A DNA stretch of 64,000 nt from Bacteroidota bacterium (GTDB lineage: Bacteria > Bacteroidota > Bacteroidia > UKL13-3). Positions 18,156-29,751 of the stretch are shown here, piece after piece. The notes under the pieces were generated by a model. The model did no database searches and had not been told where the DNA came from. It worked only from the letters and a program-made list of their open reading frames with translations. Position numbers and translations under genes: made by a program. The stretch's first letter is position 1, and each line of letters begins with the position of its first letter. The DNA is taken from assembly GCA_947460345.1 (NCBI GenBank), contig CANHGM010000002.1:113504-177503 (forward strand). Direction: 5' to 3'.

Positions 18156-21100
18156 TTAAAAGTTCTTTTATAAACTCAAATAGATTTTTTATATTGCTTA
18201 TAATTTTTGTAAGTGTAAAGACTATTTCTTGGACTTCACCTGTAGTATTTAAATCTAAATCAAATACTATAATTGTTCCTGGTGACTCATCAAAATCTGA
18301 TACTTCAAAGTTTAAAGTGAATCCTCAATGGTTTAAGAAGTATAAAAATCCAATAAGTTTAAAAGATCCTTCAAATTTGAAAACTAGTTTTGAATTCGAT
18401 ACTGCTTCAAATAAAGGATATATAAAAAAAACACAATTAGGTAATACTAAAATAAAAGCCAACGAAGAATTAAGCATTGACGAATACAGAAAACAACAAG
18501 AAGATAAGGCAAACAAAGAGTATTTTAAAAAAAGATCTCAAGCTCAAAATTTTGTTAAAAGCGGTGGAGGTTTTTTAGACAAATTCAAACTTGATACTAA
18601 TGATTTATTTAAGAAAATATTAGGTAAAGTAGAAATAAAACCATCTGGTTCGGCTGAGTTAACTTTTGGTGGGAACTTTAATACAGTTAGAAATCCACAA
18701 TTTACAGCTCGTCAACAAAAAAATGGACAGTTTGTCTTTAATCAAAAAATTCAACTAAATGTAACAGGAAGTATTGGTGATCAATTTAAAATTAACACCA
18801 ATTATAATACCGACGCCATTTTTGATTTTGAGAATTTAATGAAAGTGAATTGGCAGGGTAAACCTGACCAAATAGTAAAAAGTGTAGAAGTTGGAAATGT
18901 AAGTATGCCATTGAATGGAACATTGATTCAGGGCGGTATGAATTTGTTTGGTGCAAAAGTGAAATTGCAATTTGGGAAACTGACAACAACTGTTTTGTTT
19001 TCTCAACAAAAAGGTAAGTCACAAGAAGTAGAGCTTCAAGGAGGAGCACAAGTTACACCATTTGATATTCAATGTGATCAATATGACCCCAACAGGCACT
19101 ATTTTCTTACACAGTATTTTAGAGATAACTATGAGACTTGGTTGTCTAGACCACCTTTGGTTCAGAGTCCCATTCAGATAACAAGAATAGAGGTATGGGT
19201 AACCAATAGAACAGGAGCATTTGAAAATGCGAGAGATGTTATAGGTTTTATGGATTTGGGCGAAAATAAAGACGCTTATATATATCGTAAAAATGTAGTA
19301 TCAGCTACCAACACTTTTCCTTCACCAGCCAATGAAGCCAATACACTTTTTGGAAAACTTCAAAATAATTCAAATTTAAGATCAACTTTTTCATGTATAA
19401 AAGAATTAGAAAATAATTTTCAATTTACTGGAGCAAAACAAATAGAAGACTATCAACTGGTAAACTATGCAAGGCAACTTAATGCTTCAGAGTATAGTTT
19501 AAATAGCAGGTTAGGCTATATATCATTAAATCAAGCTTTAAACAATGATGAGGTTTTAGCAGTTGCTTTTGAATATACCATTAATGGCCAAGTGTTTCAA
19601 GTTGGAGAATTTGCGAGAGACCAACCAGCAAATATTCAGAACCCCAATGTCTTGTTTTTGAAATTATTAAAAACTGTTTCAATTAGACCTGATTTGCCAA
19701 GTTGGAAGCTGATGATGAAAAATATATATTCTATTGGAAGCTATCAAATGCAGTCGACCAACTTTAAGTTGCAAGTTGTATATGCTGATGATCCATCAAA
19801 TGCTGATTTGCCATATATTCCTGCTGAAAATGAACCAAACGTAGGAAAGAAAAACTTAGTTCAAGTATTAAACTTAGATAGAATAAATACACAAAACGAA
19901 TTGCAGCCCGATGGACAATTTGACTGGTTAGAAGGTATAACAGTCAATGCACAACAAGGCAGGATTATATTGCCAATGCTAGAACCTTTCGGTGATTTTT
20001 TAAGAAGTAAATTTAAAGAACCCAATGGAACTAATGCTGATTATTACGCCTTTGATGCATTATATGATTCGACTAGATGGGCTGCTCAGCAGCAAGCCCT
20101 TAAGAATAAATTTTTCTTAAGAGGAAGTTTCCAGGGTACTGCAACCAATGAAATTTCTTTAAATGCATTTAATATTCCTAAAGGCTCTGTTAGAGTTACT
20201 TATAATGGCACCCCGTTAAAAGAAGGTGAAGATTACCAAGTTGACTATAGCATTGGTAGAGTAAAAATATTAAATACAGGAATATTAAACAGTGGAGGTA
20301 CTATTAAAGCAAGTTTTGAAAACAATACTGCACTAAGTATTCAACAAAAAACTTTATATGGAACAAGGTTAGACTATAAAATAAATAATGACTTTTTAAT
20401 AGGAAGTACCCTATTACACTTAAGAGAAAGACCGCTTATTCCTAAAGTTGGTTTAGGTGATGAGCCTTTGAGCAATACTGTTATTGGTTTTGATGGGACA
20501 TATAAAACAGAAAGCAGATGGTTGACTAAGATGATAGACAGACTGCCTTTTTTAGCAACCAAAGAAATGAGCAATTTGATGGTTACTGGTGAGTTTGCTA
20601 AAATAATTCCAGGAGTATCTCCAGCTATTAAGCGTTCTTTAGACCCAACTGGTGTTTCATATTTAGATGACTTTGAAGCAAGCGAAACTCCATATGATTT
20701 AAGAGTTCCTCAACAAAGCTGGTTTTTAGCTTCCACGCCTCAAGGAGATATTATTCAAAACAATATATTCAAAGGAGGAGACAAAAAGAATGAGTTGGAA
20801 TTTAGAAACTATGTTGGTAAGCTATCATGGTATACTTTAGATCCGTTGTTTTATAGAGGTGATAATTTAACGCCAACACATATAAAAAATGATGTTGATC
20901 AATTATCAAATCATTATGTAAGAGAAGTAAGAGCAAATGAAGTATATCCCAACAAACAAATACAACAAGGTTACCCTCAAACACTTCCTACTTTTGACCT
21001 ATCATATTTCCCCAATCAAAGAGGACCATACAATTTTAGGGTAAACGATTTAAATGCAGATGGTACTTTTAAAGACCCTCAAAACAATTGGGCGGGTATC

Positions 21101-24100
21101 ATGAGAAAAATTGACAACAATGATTTTGAACAAGCCAATATAGATTATATAGAAATTTGGCTTATGGACCCATTTATAAAAGGTCACAGTAATAATATTA
21201 ATAACAAAGGACAATTATATTTACATTTAGGTAATGTTTCAGAAGATGTATTAAAAGACTCTAGAAAAAGTTTTGAAAATGGGCTTCCATTTGATAAAGG
21301 TAATATAGTTAATGTTGATACCACAAATTGGGGTAGAGTTCCTAGTTTACCAACTATTAATACCAATTTCAATAACGATCCCAATGCTCGATATACTCAA
21401 GATGTGGGCTATGATGGATTTAATGATATTGAAGAAAGACTTTTTCGTAAGAAAAACTATTTAGATACATTAGAAAAATTATTTGGAAACAATTCTACAG
21501 CTTTTCAAAATGCTAATAATGATCCCTCATCTGATAATTATCATTACTATAGGGGAAGAGATTACGATTCAGCTAAAGTAAATATAATCCAAAGACAAAA
21601 GTTTTTAAATGGCCCAGACGGAAATTCACCATCACCTAATGCAGCTCCAGTTCATCAGCCACAAGAATCATATCCTGTAGGCATAACCATGCAACCTAAT
21701 GATGAAGATATCAATAGAGACTTTACATTAAATGAAGTAGAAGAATATTACCAATATAGAATTGATATAGATAAAGGAAGATTAAGGGTTGGCGAAAATT
21801 ATGTAACAGATAGTGTAACATCATCAGTTTCTCTTAAAAATGGTAATAAAGAAGATGTGACTTGGTATCAGTTTAAAATTCCAATTAGGTCATATGAAAA
21901 AAAAGTAGGTCAGATTCCAGATTTTAAATCAATTCGATTTATAAGACTTGCTGCATCTGGCTTTAGTGATAGCATTATCATGAGGTTTGGAGCCCTTCAA
22001 CTTGTGAGGGCTGATTGGAGAAAGTATTTATTTTCACTTGCAACCCCAGGTGATGTGAATCCAATAGACCCAGTTGATAATACATCATATATTGTTTCAA
22101 CAGTTAATATAGAAAAGAATGGAAGAAGACAACCAATTCCATATGTTTTACCTCCTAAAATATTTAGAACAATTGACCCAACTACACCCAATCCTGTTCA
22201 ACAAAATGAACAATCATTGTCTCTTGCCGTATGCGGGTTGAAAGATGGAGATGCTAGAGCAGCATTTAAAAACACCAAATTTGATATAAGAAATTATAAT
22301 AAATTTAAATTGTTTATTCATGCAGAAGCATTTAGGAACGAAGTATTAAATGATGGTGACTTGTCAGCTTTTGTAAGAATGGGAACAGACTTTACTAATA
22401 ATTATTATGAAATTGAAATCCCTTTAAAGTTAACTAATCCTGGTTCTACTAACGAAAATGATATTTGGCCAGCAGCTAACGAATTAGATATAGATATTCA
22501 AGAGTTTGTTCAGTTGAAATTAGATAGGATAAGAGTAAATGCTGGCAATAGTGTTTTTTATGAAAAAATACTACCAGATGGAAAACGAATATCTGTTATT
22601 GGAATTCCTGATATGAGCAATCTTAGAGTGATGATGTTGGGGATAAGAAATCCTAAAAAAACAGATGCTGCAAGTAGTGATGATGGTTTATCAAAATGTG
22701 GTGAAGTTTGGTTTAATGAAATGAGGGTAAGTGGTTTTGATAATCCTGGAGGGTGGGCAGCTACTGGCAGAATGACAAGCAAATTAGCAGATCTTGGTAA
22801 TTTCAATATGTCTGGAAGTATTACAACAGTTGGATATGGCGGTATTGATAAAAAACTAAATGAAAGAGCCAGGAATAATACCATGATTTTTGATGTGAAC
22901 ACCAATCTTGAATTAGGCAAGTTTTTCCCACAAAAGTCAGGTGTTAGCATACCGTTTTTTTATGGATATACTCAAACGATTTTAAGACCTCATTTCTATC
23001 CTTTGAATCCAGATGTACCTATGGATTCTATTTTAGCTGTATCATCTGCTGCTGATGGCAATTTAGCAAAACAAAGTGCTGATGATTTTACATCAAGAAG
23101 AAGTTGGAATTTGACCAATGTACGTAAAAATAAAACGGGTACTAAAAAGACAATGCCTTGGGATTTACCTAATTTTAATTTTACTTATGCTTTTAATGAG
23201 TACAATAAACGAAACCAAAATATAGCATATAATAAAATTAAAACGTATCAATTTGTAGTAAATTGGGTGTATCAGCTGCCAGTAAAGAAAGGCATTGAAC
23301 CATTTAAATGGGTAGGTAAAAGTAAATGGCTACAGTTAATTCATGATTTTAATTTTATGCCAATTCCGCAATCATATAGTATCATTACGCAAACAGATAG
23401 GCGATATGCTGAATTACAAAACAGGGCAAATGATGATGTAGCAGCTCAAAAATTTATAGATACATTGTATGATAAAAATTTTACCAATAAACGTATTTAT
23501 GATATCAAATGGGATTTGACAAAAGCACTTAAAATTACATATAATGCAATAGTTCAAGCTAGAATAGATGAGCCAATTGGTGTTATATATACCCGTTCAG
23601 GTGAAGGTCATGATTCGATATTAAAGAATATTAAAAATGGAGGAAGGATAACAGATTATAATCAACAAACCAACATAAGCTATACTGTACCTTTTAATAA
23701 ATTCCCGTTAACCAATTGGATAACAACAGGCGTAAACTATGGTGTTAACTACGCTTGGAAAACGGCTCCACCGGCATTGGGAGATACAGTGGGAAATTCA
23801 ATCTCAAACTCACAAAATGTTAGTTTGAATGGACAGTTTAATTTTATTCAACTATACAGTAAATTAAAAATACTTGATGAAATCAACAAAGGAACGTGGC
23901 TTAAGAAGCCAAAAGCAACTGCAAAACCAAATGGAAATAATAGACCTAATAAAAAAACATTTGAAAAGAACCCTAAAAAAGGTGATGAAAAAGAAGAAGC
24001 TATAGACGGAGGTGAAGAAGAAAAGGTAGAAGAACCTAAACCATCATTTGGCAAGAAAATATTGAATCATTCTATCAGGTTTTTATTGATGGCTAAGAAT

Positions 24101-25423
24101 GTTACATTTACATATTCTGAAACCAATGCAACCAACTTACCAGGCTTTAAACCTAAACCAAAATACTTAGGACAAGACTTTGATTTATCAGCACCAGGAT
24201 TAGATTTTATATTTGGAAGTCAAGATACAAAAGTTAAAAACAGAGCTGCAGAAAATGGTTGGCTTACCAACAGTTCAAATATGTTTAATCAATATATGAG
24301 TGCAAGTACAAAAAACTTTAGAGCCAATGCCACATTAGAGCCATTTCCCGATTTTAGAATCCAAATGAATTGGGATAGAAGCTACTCAAATTCATTTACG
24401 AGTTTCTTTAAGTATGATGACACCACCCATACTTTCAGAGATTTCACTCCTATGCAAACAGGTTCATTTTCTACAACTTATTTTGCATGGCCCACAGCAT
24501 TTAAAAAATCTGATACTGCAAGCAGTGAAGTCTTTAACACTATGGAAGCAAATAGGATAGTAATAGCTAAAGAACTGCAAAGACAAGACGATAGGTCTAG
24601 AGGATTAGGAAACGATACAAACAATTATCCTCTAGGATATGGACCATTGCAACAAGATGTTCTTGTAAATTCATTTATAGCTGCTTACAGTGGTAAAGAT
24701 GTAAATAAATACAAATCAGATTTGTTTCCCAAAATGCCAGCCCCTAATTGGAGAATTACTTGGAATGGTTTAACAAAAATTAAAAAAATAGGAGAAATAT
24801 TTAGCAATATTAGTATTAGCCATGGTTACACATCTAAATATACTGTTGGAGCATATAGCAGTAGCTTGAAATATAACCAAAGTGTATCAGCAGTGAAAGG
24901 AAGTCCACTTGAGCCACAGATAATAATGCAAAGTATAACTATATCAGAACAATTTTCACCACTGATAGGCATTGATATTGCAACCAAAAAGAACTTTACT
25001 ACTAAGTTTGAATATAAGAAAGATAGAACGATGAATTTACTTACTGGGAATGCACAATTAACAGAACAAAAAAACAGTGAGTTTGTCTTTGGAGTTGGTT
25101 ATAGAAAAAAAGGGTTTAAAATACCATTCATCGTAGTTCAAGGTGGAAGAAGGTTAGTATTAGAAAATGAAATAACTTTTAGATTCGATTTTTCTATACG
25201 TGACCAATGGACAACAATTAGAAAATTTGACATAGCTAATGGATCAATACCCACAGCAGGCTCAAAAATAATGAAAATAAAGCCTGAGATTAATTATAAT
25301 ATAAATGACCACATGACGCTTAGGATATTTTATGATAGAACGGTTACAAAGCCTTATACCTCAAATTCATTTCCAACGGCTATTACTCAATTTGGAATTA
25401 CAATTAGGTATACTTTGCAATAG
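18152..25423 (+). CDS. sprA: Cell-surface gliding motility / type IX secretion protein SprA
   Basis: 2423-aa ORF with an N-terminal signal-like segment and a beta-rich composition. The conserved ruvA-sprA synteny and size (about 2400 aa) match Flavobacterium SprA. GTG start overlaps the ruvA TGA (GTGA). Confidence 0.75.
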   Translation: MIKSSFINSNRFFILLIIFVSVKTISWTSPVVFKSKSNTIIVPGDSSKSDTSKFKVNPQWFKKYKNPISLKDPSNLKTSFEFDTASNKGYIKKTQLGNTKIKANEELSIDEYRKQQEDKANKEYFKKRSQAQNFVKSGGGFLDKFKLDTNDLFKKILGKVEIKPSGSAELTFGGNFNTVRNPQFTARQQKNGQFVFNQKIQLNVTGSIGDQFKINTNYNTDAIFDFENLMKVNWQGKPDQIVKSVEVGNVSMPLNGTLIQGGMNLFGAKVKLQFGKLTTTVLFSQQKGKSQEVELQGGAQVTPFDIQCDQYDPNRHYFLTQYFRDNYETWLSRPPLVQSPIQITRIEVWVTNRTGAFENARDVIGFMDLGENKDAYIYRKNVVSATNTFPSPANEANTLFGKLQNNSNLRSTFSCIKELENNFQFTGAKQIEDYQLVNYARQLNASEYSLNSRLGYISLNQALNNDEVLAVAFEYTINGQVFQVGEFARDQPANIQNPNVLFLKLLKTVSIRPDLPSWKLMMKNIYSIGSYQMQSTNFKLQVVYADDPSNADLPYIPAENEPNVGKKNLVQVLNLDRINTQNELQPDGQFDWLEGITVNAQQGRIILPMLEPFGDFLRSKFKEPNGTNADYYAFDALYDSTRWAAQQQALKNKFFLRGSFQGTATNEISLNAFNIPKGSVRVTYNGTPLKEGEDYQVDYSIGRVKILNTGILNSGGTIKASFENNTALSIQQKTLYGTRLDYKINNDFLIGSTLLHLRERPLIPKVGLGDEPLSNTVIGFDGTYKTESRWLTKMIDRLPFLATKEMSNLMVTGEFAKIIPGVSPAIKRSLDPTGVSYLDDFEASETPYDLRVPQQSWFLASTPQGDIIQNNIFKGGDKKNELEFRNYVGKLSWYTLDPLFYRGDNLTPTHIKNDVDQLSNHYVREVRANEVYPNKQIQQGYPQTLPTFDLSYFPNQRGPYNFRVNDLNADGTFKDPQNNWAGIMRKIDNNDFEQANIDYIEIWLMDPFIKGHSNNINNKGQLYLHLGNVSEDVLKDSRKSFENGLPFDKGNIVNVDTTNWGRVPSLPTINTNFNNDPNARYTQDVGYDGFNDIEERLFRKKNYLDTLEKLFGNNSTAFQNANNDPSSDNYHYYRGRDYDSAKVNIIQRQKFLNGPDGNSPSPNAAPVHQPQESYPVGITMQPNDEDINRDFTLNEVEEYYQYRIDIDKGRLRVGENYVTDSVTSSVSLKNGNKEDVTWYQFKIPIRSYEKKVGQIPDFKSIRFIRLAASGFSDSIIMRFGALQLVRADWRKYLFSLATPGDVNPIDPVDNTSYIVSTVNIEKNGRRQPIPYVLPPKIFRTIDPTTPNPVQQNEQSLSLAVCGLKDGDARAAFKNTKFDIRNYNKFKLFIHAEAFRNEVLNDGDLSAFVRMGTDFTNNYYEIEIPLKLTNPGSTNENDIWPAANELDIDIQEFVQLKLDRIRVNAGNSVFYEKILPDGKRISVIGIPDMSNLRVMMLGIRNPKKTDAASSDDGLSKCGEVWFNEMRVSGFDNPGGWAATGRMTSKLADLGNFNMSGSITTVGYGGIDKKLNERARNNTMIFDVNTNLELGKFFPQKSGVSIPFFYGYTQTILRPHFYPLNPDVPMDSILAVSSAADGNLAKQSADDFTSRRSWNLTNVRKNKTGTKKTMPWDLPNFNFTYAFNEYNKRNQNIAYNKIKTYQFVVNWVYQLPVKKGIEPFKWVGKSKWLQLIHDFNFMPIPQSYSIITQTDRRYAELQNRANDDVAAQKFIDTLYDKNFTNKRIYDIKWDLTKALKITYNAIVQARIDEPIGVIYTRSGEGHDSILKNIKNGGRITDYNQQTNISYTVPFNKFPLTNWITTGVNYGVNYAWKTAPPALGDTVGNSISNSQNVSLNGQFNFIQLYSKLKILDEINKGTWLKKPKATAKPNGNNRPNKKTFEKNPKKGDEKEEAIDGGEEEKVEEPKPSFGKKILNHSIRFLLMAKNVTFTYSETNATNLPGFKPKPKYLGQDFDLSAPGLDFIFGSQDTKVKNRAAENGWLTNSSNMFNQYMSASTKNFRANATLEPFPDFRIQMNWDRSYSNSFTSFFKYDDTTHTFRDFTPMQTGSFSTTYFAWPTAFKKSDTASSEVFNTMEANRIVIAKELQRQDDRSRGLGNDTNNYPLGYGPLQQDVLVNSFIAAYSGKDVNKYKSDLFPKMPAPNWRITWNGLTKIKKIGEIFSNISISHGYTSKYTVGAYSSSLKYNQSVSAVKGSPLEPQIIMQSITISEQFSPLIGIDIATKKNFTTKFEYKKDRTMNLLTGNAQLTEQKNSEFVFGVGYRKKGFKIPFIVVQGGRRLVLENEITFRFDFSIRDQWTTIRKFDIANGSIPTAGSKIMKIKPEINYNINDHMTLRIFYDRTVTKPYTSNSFPTAITQFGITIRYTLQ

Positions 25424-25438
25424 ATATATATATATATA
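25424..25438. repeat. (AT)7 dinucleotide microsatellite immediately after the sprA stop
   Basis: atatatatatatata read directly from the sequence. Confidence 0.6.
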
Positions 25439-25647
25439 GTTCATTAAATGAGCTGTATACCAATGTTTATATTCTTTTTGCTTCTAGCTTTTTTTATATT
25501 TAGTTTGAATAGATTTAGATGTGTTTTATTGTAATTTCGCTGTAAAATAAATAAGTATCAAAACACTCTTAACCTTTTGATAATATATAGATAAGGTTTA
25601 TGTTACAGTATAATAAGATTATTGTGTCAAAATAAAATATAAATTGA

Positions 25648-26331
25648 ATGATGGATTTTCAGGGTAATAAAATATTGATTGTAGATGATGAACCAGATAT
25701 CATTGAGTTCATAAGCTATAATTTAAAGAAAGAGGGGTTCAAAATAAATCATGCATCAAATGGTAAAGAAGCTTTAGAAAAAATTTCTTCTTTTAAGCCA
25801 GATTTAGTTTTATTAGATGTAATGATGCCAATAATGGATGGTATTGAAGCTTGTAAGCAAATGCGAACAATGCCTGAAATGAAAGAGTCGTTTATAGTTT
25901 TTTTAACAGCAAGAAGTGAAGAGTATAGCGAGATTAATGGTTTTAATGCTGGAGCAGATGATTATATCGCAAAACCTATTAAACCTCAATTGTTGATGAG
26001 TAGAATTAAAGCTATTTTAAGAAGAAAAAATGGTGATGAAGATCAACAATCATTAAATGTATCAAATATTATTATAGATAGAGAATCTTATTTAGTATAT
26101 AGAGGAGAAGAAAAAATACAACTTGCTCGAAAAGAATTTGAACTGTTGTTTTTATTAGCAAGTAAACCCGGAAAAGTATTTAATAGAGATTATATTTTAG
26201 AAAAAGTTTGGGGAGAGGATGTGCTAGTAGTAGATAGAACAATTGATGTTCATATTAGAAAAATCAGAGAAAAATTAGGTGACGATTATATAGTTACAGT
26301 TAAAGGAGTAGGATATAAGTTTAATAAATAA
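25648..26331 (+). CDS. OmpR/PhoB-family two-component response regulator (receiver + winged-helix DNA-binding)
   Basis: Receiver motifs: ILIVDDEPDI, the phospho-acceptor D in LVLLDVMMP, and the K-box. The C-terminal winged helix has LTxKEFELL and TVKGVGYKF. Confidence 0.88.
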   Translation: MMDFQGNKILIVDDEPDIIEFISYNLKKEGFKINHASNGKEALEKISSFKPDLVLLDVMMPIMDGIEACKQMRTMPEMKESFIVFLTARSEEYSEINGFNAGADDYIAKPIKPQLLMSRIKAILRRKNGDEDQQSLNVSNIIIDRESYLVYRGEEKIQLARKEFELLFLLASKPGKVFNRDYILEKVWGEDVLVVDRTIDVHIRKIREKLGDDYIVTVKGVGYKFNK

Positions 26332-26339
26332 ACTTTCTA

Positions 26340-28211
26340 TTAACTATTCATAGTCATTAAAAACTCATTGTTAGTTTGAGTTCCATTCATATGTTTCTTT
26401 AATGTTTCCATAGCTTCCTCAGGGTTCATGTCTGATAGGTATTTACGCAATATCCAAATCTTTTGTAAAGTTGACTTATCTATCAATAAATCTTCTCTTC
26501 TAGTTCCAGATGCTAGTATGTCAATAGCTGGGAATACACGTTTGTTTGATAATTTTCTATCAAGTTGAAGCTCCATATTTCCAGTACCTTTAAATTCTTC
26601 AAAGATAACTTCATCCATTTTTGATCCAGTATCAACCAAAGCTGTTGCAATAATTGTTAATGAACCACCATTTTCAATTTTTCTAGCTGCACCAAAAAAA
26701 CGTTTAGGTTTTTGAAGAGCATTGGCTTCAACTCCTCCACTAAGTACTTTGCCTGATGAAGGTGCAACAGTGTTGTATGCTCTAGCTAAACGTGTAATCG
26801 AATCAAGCAATATAACTACATCATGACCGCATTCTACAAGTCTTTTAGCTTTTTCGTGTACCATATTGGCTAATTTTACATGTTTTTCAGCAGGCTCATC
26901 AAAAGTAGATGCAACAACTTCAGCTTTAACACTCCTAGCCATATCGGTTACCTCTTCAGGTCTTTCGTCTACAAGTAATATAATTAAATAACATTCAGGA
27001 TGATTTTCAGCTATAGCATTTGCAATATCCTTTAAAAGCATGGTTTTCCCGGTCTTGGGTTGAGCTACTATCAATCCTCTTTGCCCTTTACCTATGGGTG
27101 CTAATAAGTCTATTATTCTAGTTGAAATATTGTTTGGTTTGTTGCTTAATATTAATTGTTCGTCAGGAAACAAGGGAGTTAAATGTTCAAATGCGACTCT
27201 GTCTCTAACGTCTGCTGGGTTTTTACCATTTATAGCATCAATTTTTGTTAATGCAAAATATTTTTCGCCTTCTTTAGGAGGTCTAACCATGCCTAAAACA
27301 GTATCACCTGTTTTAAGGCCAAAAGTTTTAATTTGATTGGGTGCTACATATATATCATCAGGAGATGGCATATAATTATAATCAGGTGAGCGTAAAAACC
27401 CAAAACCATCTGTCATCATTTCTAAGACGCCTGTTGCTGCAATAATGCCTTCAAGTTCCATTAACCCCGCTTGAATCATTTCGCGTTGTTGTTGGCGTTG
27501 TTGATTTTGCAATTGTTGTTGCTGATTGGGTTGAGGAGGTGTATGAATTGGTTTGTTTATAACGGGTTGGTTGCTATTAGATTGAGTAGTGTTTGGGGCT
27601 AAAGGTTGGTTTACTGGTCTTGCTTGTTGGTTGCTTGTATTAGGGTTAGCTTGTTGGTTTTTATTGTTAGGGTTAAAAACTGGTTTTTGTGATTGAGTAG
27701 ATGGTTGATTTTGATCGGTTTTTTTCTCCCAACGGTTAGGTCTTTCAAATCTTGGCTTCAAATGTGGATTGTTGATTTGAGTTTCAGCTTTCTCTTCTAA
27801 TTTGCTTTCTGTTATAGTTCTTGTAGCATTAGATTCTTCTGTTTTTATTTCAGGTATATCTAGTTTTACGGGTACATTTTCAATCACTTTTTTCTTTCTA
27901 ACTAGCTTAGGTTTTGCATCAACTTTTAGGTTTTCATTAATAGTTGAGTTATCTATTGAATCATTAATTGATTTAACTTCATTTTTGTCATTCAAAGTCT
28001 TAGGTTTTCTAACTTTTTTAGGTTTTAAATCATCTAACTTTAATGGGTTTTCTTTTTCAATTTTCGAATCAGGCATTAAAGCTTGTTTTTCAATTATTTT
28101 ATAAATCAAATCTTGCTTGCTTAGAGCTTCAGTATTAGTTATTTGAAGAGTTTGGGCGATGTCTTTCAAATCTGACACAAATAGATTGTTTAAATAAGCT
28201 ATATCTAACAT
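26340..28211 (-). CDS. rho: Transcription termination factor Rho with large N-terminal insertion domain
   Basis: 623 aa. The C-terminal RecA-like core has Walker [23 protein letters not shown] and the conserved Rho C-terminus. The N-terminus has an extra region of about 250 aa that includes a Q/N/P-rich low-complexity tract. Confidence 0.95.
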   Translation of the reverse strand: MLDIAYLNNLFVSDLKDIAQTLQITNTEALSKQDLIYKIIEKQALMPDSKIEKENPLKLDDLKPKKVRKPKTLNDKNEVKSINDSIDNSTINENLKVDAKPKLVRKKKVIENVPVKLDIPEIKTEESNATRTITESKLEEKAETQINNPHLKPRFERPNRWEKKTDQNQPSTQSQKPVFNPNNKNQQANPNTSNQQARPVNQPLAPNTTQSNSNQPVINKPIHTPPQPNQQQQLQNQQRQQQREMIQAGLMELEGIIAATGVLEMMTDGFGFLRSPDYNYMPSPDDIYVAPNQIKTFGLKTGDTVLGMVRPPKEGEKYFALTKIDAINGKNPADVRDRVAFEHLTPLFPDEQLILSNKPNNISTRIIDLLAPIGKGQRGLIVAQPKTGKTMLLKDIANAIAENHPECYLIILLVDERPEEVTDMARSVKAEVVASTFDEPAEKHVKLANMVHEKAKRLVECGHDVVILLDSITRLARAYNTVAPSSGKVLSGGVEANALQKPKRFFGAARKIENGGSLTIIATALVDTGSKMDEVIFEEFKGTGNMELQLDRKLSNKRVFPAIDILASGTRREDLLIDKSTLQKIWILRKYLSDMNPEEAMETLKKHMNGTQTNNEFLMTMNS

Positions 28212-28439
28212 GAATATTTTTCCGATAAATTAAAGTTGAAACGAAAGGCAACCAAATTGGCGAAATGTATTTTTACAAAGCCCTTCGTATTATTTTGATA
28301 CTGCAATTATAATGATGAATTACATTGAAAAAAAATTAATTTATATGAATGTTTATTCAAAGTGTTGTTATTTGTATAAAAATATCAGACACATTTAAAC
28401 CTTTTAATATTTAATGTCTCTATTGTTTAATTAGAAAGT

Positions 28440-28991
28440 ATGAATGAAGAAATTGAAGATATTGAAATTTTAGCTTTGTTTAAAGATGAATCCACCAAAG
28501 AAAAAGGGTTCAAATTGCTATTGAAAAAATATCAGAAACGTATATATTGGCATATTAGAAAAATACTGGTTAGCCATGATGATACAGACGATGTAACACA
28601 AAACACTTTCGTGAAAGTTTACTATTCATTAGATGGATTTAGAGAAGAATCTAAATTATATACATGGATTTATAGAATAGCAACTAATGAATCTCTTTCT
28701 TTTATTAAGAAGAAAAAAGAATCGTTATATGCCGATTGGGATAGTGTAGAATTTGCCTTAAGTGAAAGTTTAGTAGGTGATACTTATTTTGATGGAAATC
28801 AAATTCAGTTAAAGCTTCAGCAGGCTTTGTTAACATTACCTGAAAAGCAAAGAATAGTTTTCAATATGAAGTATTTTGATCAAATTAAGTATGAAGACAT
28901 GAGTGAGATTTTAGACACTTCAGTTGGTGCTCTAAAAGCTTCATATCACCATGCAGTGAAAAAAATAGAAAAATATTTTGGACTTAATTAA
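28440..28991 (+). CDS. RNA polymerase sigma-70 family factor, ECF subfamily
   Basis: 183 aa. Region-2-like block (VTQNTFVKVYYSL..YTWIYRIATNESL) and region-4 HTH (LPEKQRIVFNMKYFDQIKYEDMSEIL). Confidence 0.8.
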   Translation: MNEEIEDIEILALFKDESTKEKGFKLLLKKYQKRIYWHIRKILVSHDDTDDVTQNTFVKVYYSLDGFREESKLYTWIYRIATNESLSFIKKKKESLYADWDSVEFALSESLVGDTYFDGNQIQLKLQQALLTLPEKQRIVFNMKYFDQIKYEDMSEILDTSVGALKASYHHAVKKIEKYFGLN

Positions 28992-29024
28992 ACCTATATA
29001 AATTAAAGATATCATATAAGAGTA

Positions 29025-29750
29025 ATGAACGAAGAAGATATATATATTGATTCAGCTTTGAAATTGAAAATAGGTGTAGAAACTGGTTTTATTTCTCCAA
29101 TTGGATATTTTAATGAACTAGATAATAGTATTGAGCTATCTCTAAATCAATCGTATATTCAAGAATTATCAGTGGTTCCTTTCTCAGAATCTGGTTTTGT
29201 GGCACCCGTAGGTTACTTCGAAGCTTTATCAAAAACAATTCAAGATAAAGTTGTTAACAAAGAAAATATACATAGTATTCAACCTGAAGTTGGTTCAGGA
29301 TTAAAAGTATCTGATGAATATTTTGCAAAATCATATGAAAACATTTTGCAACAAACTGTATACGCTAAACAAACTAGTAAATTAGTAAAACTTCAAACGT
29401 ATCAAAGATATATCACAAAATGGACTTCTATTGCTGCAGTTTTAATTATTGGTTTGTCAGTGTATTTTATAGTTCTGAATAATAAAATTAAACCACTTGA
29501 TGATTCAAATATTAGTTCAAGCAATTCTTTGCCTTCGTTAGAGAATGTTAATGATAGCGAAATTATAGAAACTTTAAGTGATGAAGATATTGGCGAAGAT
29601 GTTTATCAGTTGGCAGATTACCAAGAATATAAGTCAAACAAAAACACCAAAGAGGGTTTGCCTATTAAAAACTTAACTGATTCAAACAAAGCTGATCAAG
29701 AGATTGAAAAATATTTATTAGATAACATAGAAGAAATTGAAGAAATATAA
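29025..29750 (+). CDS. Single-pass membrane protein downstream of ECF sigma (putative anti-sigma factor)
   Basis: 241 aa with one TM helix (WTSIAAVLIIGLSVYFIVL) and an internal duplicated motif GFISPIGYFNEL / GFVAPVGYFEAL. Gene position suggests a sigma/anti-sigma pair. Confidence 0.3.
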   Translation: MNEEDIYIDSALKLKIGVETGFISPIGYFNELDNSIELSLNQSYIQELSVVPFSESGFVAPVGYFEALSKTIQDKVVNKENIHSIQPEVGSGLKVSDEYFAKSYENILQQTVYAKQTSKLVKLQTYQRYITKWTSIAAVLIIGLSVYFIVLNNKIKPLDDSNISSSNSLPSLENVNDSEIIETLSDEDIGEDVYQLADYQEYKSNKNTKEGLPIKNLTDSNKADQEIEKYLLDNIEEIEEI

Positions 29751-29751
29751 C

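Noticed and set aside
25424-25438. (AT)7 microsatellite, considered as a possible phase-variation switch
   Set aside because: It lies after the sprA stop codon and over 200 nt upstream of the next gene. It does not sit within a promoter spacer or coding frame, so a regulatory role is unlikely.
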